NCBI GenBank assembly: GCA_044229845.1
Contig: JBGASG010000005.1
Location: forward strand, 320,001-384,000
Source: Candidatus Obscuribacteraceae bacterium
GTDB taxonomy: Bacteria > Cyanobacteriota > Vampirovibrionia > Obscuribacterales > Obscuribacteraceae
DNA: 64,000 bases
Direction: 5' to 3'
A program made the translations under genes and the position numbers. Below are positions 9,224-15,663 of this stretch, one piece after another; the first letter of the stretch is position 1, and the number at the start of each line of letters is the position of its first letter. A model generated the notes under the pieces. It ran no database searches. It was not told the origin of the DNA and saw nothing but the letters and a program-made list of their open reading frames with translations.

Positions 9224-9367
9224 TATCGAGACCAACGGAGAAACGGGCAACAGCTAGCAAGGCTGAGCCCGTTATGACCATCGCGAACAGCTAATCCGCT
9301 TAGATCACACACTTCTTGTCGGTTGTTGCACCAAGGCGACAATGAAGATCTCCTTACCTTGATGAAT

Positions 9368-9534
9368 TGATGCGGCTGTATGAGTCGATGGAGCGGAGTA
9401 CAAAATCGAATGCTCTACTAATGAGCTACGAAGGAAAGTTCCTTAGGCAGGATTCGCACCTGCTACCGTTCGAGTGAGACAGTTTTTCAAACTGATTGTA
9501 TGTATGCTCAACCTGTTAGGTTACAGTTGCATCA
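9368..9534 (-). ncRNA. YrlA-like RNA Y6
   Basis: Scaffold plus UCGAA/UUCGA stem, T-arm GCAGG-UGCGAAU-CCUGC, closed acceptor (AAGGA/UCCUU), D-arm GCUC-AUUAGUA-GAGC; extra CAGU-UUGAAAA-ACUG hairpin. Confidence 0.85.
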
Positions 9535-9540
9535 GTCATC

Positions 9541-9596
9541 AATGTAGCAAAGACCGATAATGGTGTCAAGGGCGGTGCGCACCATAGATAGTGGCA
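9541..9596 (-). promoter_or_regulatory. Sigma70 promoter plus operator of Y6
   Basis: TTGACA (9564-9569), 17 bp, TACATT (9541-9546); GGTGCGCACC palindrome at 9574-9583. Confidence 0.8.
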
Positions 9597-9737
9597 CGCG
9601 ACAAACCAGCGGAGAGACGGACAGCAGCCTGGGAAGCTGAGCCCGTCGCGATGCTCGCGAACGCCAGGTCGCGAGACAAGCTTGCTTGTTGTCGGTGATA
9701 GCACCAGGGCAACGAAGTTCTCCTTACCTTGATGAAT

Positions 9738-9888
9738 TGATGCGGCTGTAAGAGTCGATTGAGCTTAGATCAACTATTCGCATGCTCTTACCATCTGAGC
9801 TACAAAAGCCGAAGCCTCTGGCAGGAATCGAACCTGCGACCAAGCGGTTACGTGTGTATGCTCTACCTGTTAGATTACAGTTGCATCA
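9738..9888 (-). ncRNA. YrlA-like RNA Y7
   Basis: Scaffold plus T-arm GCAGG-UUCGAUU-CCUGC, closed acceptor CAGAGGC-UUCG-GCUUUUG, D-arm GCUC-AGAUGGUAA-GAGC. Confidence 0.85.
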
Positions 9889-9894
9889 GTCACT

Positions 9895-9950
9895 AATCTA
9901 GCAAAGCCTAGAAGTGGTGTCAAGTATGGTGCGCACCATAGGTGGTGGCA
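9895..9950 (-). promoter_or_regulatory. Sigma70 promoter plus operator of Y7
   Basis: TTGACA (9918-9923), 17 bp, TAGATT (9895-9900); perfect 16-bp palindrome TATGGTGCGCACCATA at 9925-9940. Confidence 0.8.
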
Positions 9951-10340
9951 GTATTTAGTAAAGCGCTGCGCGGGCAGCGACCTGATTGTCGAGCCCGAAA
10001 TATGCATCTACGCCAACGGCGGTGCTGGTTGTATGGACGGAAAATGACGTCTGCATTTGCTGCATCTGTGAGGACAGGGTCGGTCGAGCCGAGCCGCAAT
10101 TCTCACGGCGATAACCGCCGGCTATGACGCCGTGGTTAAACTGCCATTTTCCTAGTGGTGTTCTGATGTCCTTCACGGACCGAACCTCCATCTCCCCTGC
10201 ACTTCGCGAAAACAAAATTCGCGCGCTGCTATACAAACAACCTGGCAGGCGGAAATTCCATCTTAGGGCCGGCTTGAGAATCCTGTCAATAGGATTTTCG
10301 CCTCTGCATACCTTTAATTCGCTGAACCTACGCTGGACCT

Positions 10341-10985
10341 TTATAAATCCAGCTCTCTATTAATAGATAGATCGCCCACCGTTACGGAATAGTTCCGCTT
10401 CTCCCCGGTGAGGATATGGCGCACCAGCACCTCCGCTGCGACAGACACCACCAGGGTGACCAGATTGCGGGCCAGCGGATAGTCGCAGATGTCGATGCCC
10501 ACGTCGCTTGGCACACGATACTTCTCGTTCCAGATGACTTCGCCGTATCCGTCGTTCATTCCGGCATGCAGGCAAGCGATGGCGTTATCGCGGCAATAAT
10601 CGGCGACCAGCCGGCGAGAAGCCGTATTGTCGAAGACATCAACCACCAGGGTTGCCCCCTTCAGAAATTTTGCCGCATTTTTCTCAGTTAATTCCTGCGC
10701 TCGCGCGGTGATTTCAACTCCCACCTCGCGATACAAAAGATTGCGCAACAACTCTGCTTTTTGCCCACCGACATCGTCCAGCGAATAGACCTGGGTACTG
10801 ACATTGTGCTCTTCCACGCGGTCCTTATCGATCACCGTCATGTTCGTCACACCCATGCGCGCCAGGGTTTCGGCAAGATTCGAGCCGAGCGCCCCCGCGC
10901 CGCAAATCAAAATGCCGGCAGCGGCAATTTTGCGCATCGCCTGTTGTCCGCGGAAAATCTGTTCGTGATGAAATCGATGGCTCAT
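10341..10985 (-). CDS. ThiF/E1-like adenylyltransferase
   Basis: ICGAGALGS, IDKDRVEEHNVSTQ, KAE and VVDVFDN motifs; no CxxC zinc motifs; candidate thiol in DICDYP. Confidence 0.9.
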   Translation of the reverse strand: MSHRFHHEQIFRGQQAMRKIAAAGILICGAGALGSNLAETLARMGVTNMTVIDKDRVEEHNVSTQVYSLDDVGGQKAELLRNLLYREVGVEITARAQELTEKNAAKFLKGATLVVDVFDNTASRRLVADYCRDNAIACLHAGMNDGYGEVIWNEKYRVPSDVGIDICDYPLARNLVTLVVSVAAEVLVRHILTGEKRNYSVTVGDLSINRELDL

Positions 10986-11001
10986 CTAATAATTCCTTGC
11001 A

Positions 11002-11442
11002 CTACTCGACAGCAACCAGAACTAGTCCTTTGAATCGCTGCACGCGGGCGACCGCCCGCGGTTTCTTCTCGTATTCATAAATCCATCCGCGCGCGCCGGC
11101 GCTCGTTTCGATCACACATAAAATCGGCTTCCCAAAACAAAAGCACCACGCATCCAAAGTACGGTCGTCGCGCCCGGAAGGACCAGTGAAACCCTCAGGG
11201 TGCGTGTGATAGAAGCCAATCACATCGCCCTCCGCTTCTTCTCGCGCCAGGACACGTTTGCCGTCAAACCGCACTGAGGTCTCCGAGCCCTTTGTGCGCC
11301 AACGCATCTTGGCGTGCCAGACACCATTGAGGCATTCACCCGTCAACACATAGGCAATTTCCTTGCCGCCTGGAAATTCTCCACCATCGGCAAACTTCAC
11401 TGGTCCGGAGGCGGCGGCGTCCTGCTTACCCGAGGTAGTCAT
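11002..11442 (-). CDS. JAB/MPN (Mov34) metallopeptidase
   Basis: Upstream E (KEIAY) and JAMM motif GFYHTHP-x5-S-x2-D. Confidence 0.85.
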   Translation of the reverse strand: MTTSGKQDAAASGPVKFADGGEFPGGKEIAYVLTGECLNGVWHAKMRWRTKGSETSVRFDGKRVLAREEAEGDVIGFYHTHPEGFTGPSGRDDRTLDAWCFCFGKPILCVIETSAGARGWIYEYEKKPRAVARVQRFKGLVLVAVE

Positions 11443-12295
11443 AATAGTTGCCCGCTTCGCGCAATACTCCGACGACGCTGGTCAGGTCGAATTGCTGATC
11501 TTCCCCGCTCAAGCAAACTCCAGCACTTTGCAGTGTCAGGTCGCCGACTGCCACGTTGACCACGTGATCGCGACCGTCCATTTCAAACCGAACGGTTGCG
11601 TACTGTTGATGCTGATCAGTGTAACGAAAACTTTCCAACGTCGCGCCGGCGTGCCGCAATGCATCGCTGATGCGCGTCCGATCGTCCAGCATCGTCTCGG
11701 TCGGATCGTTACGATGCTTATGTAGATACATCATGCGGTAAGCGAGGCGCTCGCTTGGCACCATTCCGCGAGCACGCACTTCACCAGGTTTGATATCGGC
11801 TTCCAACGACCGGCGCAGAGTTCGCGAAACTGCCGGGTCTCGTTTTCGATCTACAGAATCAAACCAGAAGGCTGCGCCATCGAAGCGCGCATGAATGGTA
11901 TCGAAATTGGTGCAGCCCAGAACCAGCTGCACGGGCACCGGACCAGATAACCGCAAGCGTGTGTCAGCTTCGGAATATGCCAGCGCCCACCATGTTTTAT
12001 CTAATTGATCGACGAGCACCAGACGCACGCGAGGAAACAACGCCAGATATTTTGAGACAAGCGAAAGCGGCGCCGTTTCCACGACTTCTGCCACGCCTTC
12101 CTCTACCATGCGCAAGATACAAAATCCTGTTTCTCTCGTGCGCACTTTCATTTCATAGACAATGCCCGCCACGCGAACGCGCACCTTACCGCCTGCAACG
12201 ATCGGAGCAAGAAACGTTGTCTGCGACAACTTCTTTTCTTCCTCTTCCATTTTGGCAATCATCGCCAGCGGATCGGGCCGCTCACGTTCTGTCAT
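11426..12295 (-). CDS. Conserved hypothetical protein of the Ubl operon; candidate E2-like (SAGVCLS)
   Basis: Lies between Ubl and JAB and overlaps the JAB start; C-terminal G-V-C-L resembles the UBC active-site G-x-I-C-L. Function is inferred. Confidence 0.6.
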   Translation of the reverse strand: MTERERPDPLAMIAKMEEEEKKLSQTTFLAPIVAGGKVRVRVAGIVYEMKVRTRETGFCILRMVEEGVAEVVETAPLSLVSKYLALFPRVRLVLVDQLDKTWWALAYSEADTRLRLSGPVPVQLVLGCTNFDTIHARFDGAAFWFDSVDRKRDPAVSRTLRRSLEADIKPGEVRARGMVPSERLAYRMMYLHKHRNDPTETMLDDRTRISDALRHAGATLESFRYTDQHQQYATVRFEMDGRDHVVNVAVGDLTLQSAGVCLSGEDQQFDLTSVVGVLREAGNYYDYLG

Positions 12296-12320
12296 GATGG
12301 AGCACCGCGCACCCGGCTGA

Positions 12321-12593
12321 TTAACCGAATACGGCTTCTGGGCGCACAGTAATGTTGCCATTTTCGTGGCGTTCGATCACCGTGCTGCTCAGATGTTGGG
12401 GCGGTACTTCCATAAAACGTGCCACAGCGGCGCGAATGTCTGCATCGCTGGAACCCGGGGTCAGCTCGAGCAAATCAAGTGCGATGTCGCGGCTGCGACC
12501 TTGAATGCGTACGTGCACGACCGGACCGGTTTGCGTTTGCGGCTCGGTACCAGTGGCGCGGTTGTACAGGTTGTTGATGTCATCGTTTGCCAT
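12321..12593 (-). CDS. Small ubiquitin-like candidate ending in ...PEAVFG
   Basis: 90 aa with beta-beta-alpha-beta-beta pattern and C-terminal Gly; AAGGAGGG RBS; first gene of an operon with JAB and ThiF. Confidence 0.7.
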   Translation of the reverse strand: MANDDINNLYNRATGTEPQTQTGPVVHVRIQGRSRDIALDLLELTPGSSDADIRAAVARFMEVPPQHLSSTVIERHENGNITVRPEAVFG

Positions 12594-12607
12594 GTGGGAG
12601 CCCTCCT

Positions 12608-13705
12608 TTATCTAAAGGAATGTCGGGGAGAAGTTCCAATCATAGCAGACAATATATATTGCCAAGGACGCTTCAATGCGCCGATGTTTTGCCGCCGGCC
12701 GATTTTAATTTCATCGTACATTTTCTTGCCTTCGAAACAGAGACCACGCTGCATCAACGCCCAGGTTGCATTCGGGTCCAATTTCAGAACGCGGTCGTAA
12801 TCTTCTATCGCCGGATCAAATTTATTCTGGTCCTGAAACATCTTCGCCCGCTGCCCAATTACTTCAGTGTCCTGCGGGTTGGCTGCGATGGAACTATTAA
12901 AATCAGCCATTGCCTCGGCATTCTTTTTGATGCCCTGATAATAGATGCCGCGCAAAAACAGCGCTTTAGCCTGCTTTGGATTTAGCTTGATCGCCTTATC
13001 GAGATCCTGCTTCTCGTGCACTCGATCTTCCATGAATGAGTAGGCATCGGCGCGTCCGGTCAGAGCATCGGCAGAAGATGCATCCCAACCGACGGCTTTG
13101 TTGTAGGCCATCAGTGCACGGCTATATTGATCGCGCAGCATGTAGGTGTTGCCGATCTCAATAGCTTTCACCGACATCTCAGCATTTTTCAAGCCTTTCT
13201 GCGCGGTCAGTGCCACCAGTTCTTTCGGAGGCTGCGTGCGCTGCTTTTCGATAAATGCAATACGCTTCGTCATCTTCACGGCGTCAGCGGTTTTGCCGGT
13301 GCGCTTCAAAAAGGCAGCATATTCTTGAATCGGAAAAATCACCGTCGGGCCGTCGTCGCCGTCTTGCGCTTCGCGTCCAGCAATAGCGTCGCGATGAAAC
13401 TGGTCTGCTTTGTCCAGCTGTTTCATCTTTTCGTACACATCGGCGATTGCGATTTGCTGAACCATCAAGTCCAACCCTAAAGCTTTTCGCTGCTCAAGAA
13501 TCGCATTGTATTTCTGCAATGCAATTTCAAACTTGCGATTCTTAATTGCGGTCTCCGCATCGCGCCCCATCACCATCCATTCGCCGCTGCCTTTCTGGAT
13601 GGCCGCAGCCGTCTTTGGATCCCGCGATGCAGCAAATGCATTCGCACCCACGATCGAAGCGATGGCGATTGCCACCAGTGTCGCGCGCGCTATTTGAGTT
13701 TTCAT
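12608..13705 (-). CDS. Secreted TPR-repeat protein, C-terminus apparently truncated
   Basis: Signal peptide (AFA-A); TPR consensus (A..YNKA, A...RG..Y, AI.DY...L.LDP). Confidence 0.75.
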   Translation of the reverse strand: MKTQIARATLVAIAIASIVGANAFAASRDPKTAAAIQKGSGEWMVMGRDAETAIKNRKFEIALQKYNAILEQRKALGLDLMVQQIAIADVYEKMKQLDKADQFHRDAIAGREAQDGDDGPTVIFPIQEYAAFLKRTGKTADAVKMTKRIAFIEKQRTQPPKELVALTAQKGLKNAEMSVKAIEIGNTYMLRDQYSRALMAYNKAVGWDASSADALTGRADAYSFMEDRVHEKQDLDKAIKLNPKQAKALFLRGIYYQGIKKNAEAMADFNSSIAANPQDTEVIGQRAKMFQDQNKFDPAIEDYDRVLKLDPNATWALMQRGLCFEGKKMYDEIKIGRRQNIGALKRPWQYILSAMIGTSPRHSFR

Positions 13706-13799
13706 GTTCCCTGCCTGTTGTCCTGTCCTAACCTGACTGAGCCGGCCTGCGCCAACCTAATTGACTCAACGAGAGCTAATGGAAATTTAGGCTGCGCCC

Positions 13800-15518
13800 C
13801 TAGACTTCTTCCATCGGGATGCGCACTTTCTTCTTCTTAGCGAAATCAATCGCCTCTTCATAACCGGCATCAGCGTGGCGTATCACGCCCATGCCGGGGT
13901 CGGTCGTCAAAACGCGTTCAAGGCGTTTCGCGGCTGCTTCGGTACCGTCGGCGACAATCACCTGCCCGGCGTGCTGGGAATAACCGATGCCGACTCCGCC
14001 ACCATGGTGCACCGACACCCAGCTGGCACCACCGACGGCGTTGATCATGGCATTCAGAAACACCCAGTCAGCGACCGCATCAGTACCATCCTTCATGGCT
14101 TCGGTTTCTCTATTTGGTGAAGCTACTGATCCGGCATCCAGATGGTCGCGTCCGATCACGACGGGCGCCTTCACCTTGCCCTGTGCCACCAGGTCGTTGA
14201 TTATCAGTCCCAACTTGGCACGGTCGCCGTAACCCAACCAGCAAATTCGCGCCGGCAGTCCCTGGAAAGCCACGCGCTTGGAGGCCATTTCAATCCAGCG
14301 AGCCAGCGCCTTGTCCTCGGGGAAGTTTTTCAAGATCGCCTCGTCGATGGTGGCGATGTCTTTTGGATCGCCCGACAGGACTGCCCATCTAAAAGGACCT
14401 TTGCCTTCACAGAACAATGGGCGAATGAACGCCGGCACAAAGCCCGGGAAGTCGAAGGCATTCGCGACGCCATGATCTTTTGCAACTTGTCGGATGTTGT
14501 TGCCATAATCAAATGTGATGGCGCCGGCTTTCTGCAGATCGAGCATCGCCTTTACGTGGGTGACGATCGACGCGCAAGACTGCTTCAGATAGTCTTGCGG
14601 ATCGCGCGCGCGCAGTTCAGCGGCCTTCTCCAGGGAGAAACCGATGGGCACATATCCATTCAACGGATCGTGCGCCGAAGTTTGATCCGTCAGTGCATCG
14701 GGTTTGAACCCGCGCCGCACCAGTTCAGGCAAAATTTCCGCGGCATTGCCGAGCAACGCAATTGATACGGCCTCGCCTTTTGCCGCCGCATCCTGAGCAA
14801 GTTTAATTGCGTCGTCCAGATCCTTCGCTTGCTTATCGCAATAGCGCGTTTCCACCCGGCGATCGATTCTAGTTTGATCGACTTCGATGCAGATTGCGAC
14901 GCCTTCGTTCATCGTAATAGCGAGCGGCTGAGCACCACCCATGCCACCAAGACCGGCGGTGACGGTGATGCGTCCCTTGAGAGTGCCACCAAAATGTTTC
15001 TTCGCGAGTGCAGCAAAGGTCTCATACGTACCTTGCAAAATGCCTTGCGTGCCGATGTAGATCCATGAACCCGCAGTCATCTGTCCAAACATGATCAGAC
15101 CTTTGCGTTCCAACTCTCTGAAATGCTCCCAATCAGACCACTTGCCGACCAGGTTGGAGTTGGCGATCAAGACACGCGGCGCATCGACATGGCTTTTGAA
15201 GACGCCGACCGGCTTACCGGACGCCACAAGCAGGGTTTCGTCGTTCTCCAACTCGACCAGAGCTTTGACTATCGCCTTGAAGCAATCCCAGTTGCGGGCT
15301 GCCTTGCCCGAACCGCCATAGACCACCAGGTCGTGCGGACGCTCAGCGACTGCCGGGTCCAGATTGTTGAGCAGCATGCGGAAGGCGGCTTCTTGCAGCC
15401 AGCCCTTGCAGGTGAGCTCGGTCCCGTGCGGAGCCCGAACGTCAATCGGGGCTTTGCTTTTCAGGATCGCCGTTACCAGTTCGGACGCAGATTTGGTTGG
15501 CATAGCAGTTGATGTCAT
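13800..15518 (-). CDS. hutU: Urocanate hydratase
   Basis: [34 protein letters not shown] and [18 protein letters not shown] motifs. Confidence 0.97.
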   Translation of the reverse strand: MTSTAMPTKSASELVTAILKSKAPIDVRAPHGTELTCKGWLQEAAFRMLLNNLDPAVAERPHDLVVYGGSGKAARNWDCFKAIVKALVELENDETLLVASGKPVGVFKSHVDAPRVLIANSNLVGKWSDWEHFRELERKGLIMFGQMTAGSWIYIGTQGILQGTYETFAALAKKHFGGTLKGRITVTAGLGGMGGAQPLAITMNEGVAICIEVDQTRIDRRVETRYCDKQAKDLDDAIKLAQDAAAKGEAVSIALLGNAAEILPELVRRGFKPDALTDQTSAHDPLNGYVPIGFSLEKAAELRARDPQDYLKQSCASIVTHVKAMLDLQKAGAITFDYGNNIRQVAKDHGVANAFDFPGFVPAFIRPLFCEGKGPFRWAVLSGDPKDIATIDEAILKNFPEDKALARWIEMASKRVAFQGLPARICWLGYGDRAKLGLIINDLVAQGKVKAPVVIGRDHLDAGSVASPNRETEAMKDGTDAVADWVFLNAMINAVGGASWVSVHHGGGVGIGYSQHAGQVIVADGTEAAAKRLERVLTTDPGMGVIRHADAGYEEAIDFAKKKKVRIPMEEV

Positions 15519-15663
15519 GGTTTGTCTCTTGTGGCTGGCTCTTGAGAATCTGGGGGCTGAATATAAGGAAGCAATTAGGATACGCGGAGAACTACAATAA
15601 CTGGTATAAGCTGGCTAACCAGTGAAGGCATATCATAGCCTAAGCACGCCACGGGAGTGAGTC

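Larger units (their letters stand above)
8099..9997. repeat. Dispersed structured repeat (element B), 6 copies of a CGGGC-n2-CNNC-loop-GNNG-n-GCCCG hairpin
   Basis: Hairpins at 8106-8133, 8264-8290, 8718-8747, 9242-9273, 9616-9647 and 9971-9997 with compensatory inner stems; several are enclosed by GGAGA...TCTCC. Confidence 0.7.

Noticed and set aside
9225..9730. Peptides after the SD-like AAGGTAAGGAGA downstream of Y6 and Y7
   Set aside because: TTG-started frames diverge and shift between copies, and the GGAGA is better explained as the closing helix of element B.
8858..9888. Conventional tRNA genes at the TTCGA motifs
   Set aside because: Arm order is permuted (T, acceptor, D), the acceptor is loop-closed and there is no CCA end.
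8500..9950. CRISPR array interpretation of the repeats
   Set aside because: Repeats are degenerate, units are ~350-530 bp with internal promoters and tRNA-like folds, and no cas genes are present.
7208..10363. Short ORFs listed in the track (e.g. 8317..8901, 8057..8371, 8973..9281)
   Set aside because: They overlap tRNA/ncRNA structures and promoters, have no recognisable motifs, and frames are not conserved between repeat units.
10341..10985. ThiF/MoeB for thiamine or molybdopterin synthesis
   Set aside because: No thiS/thiG/moaE context, no zinc motifs, and the small partner protein lacks a di-Gly end.
3600..12700. Integrase/transposase-bounded mobile element
   Set aside because: No recombinase or transposase gene and no att-like direct repeat of the tRNA 3' ends was seen.
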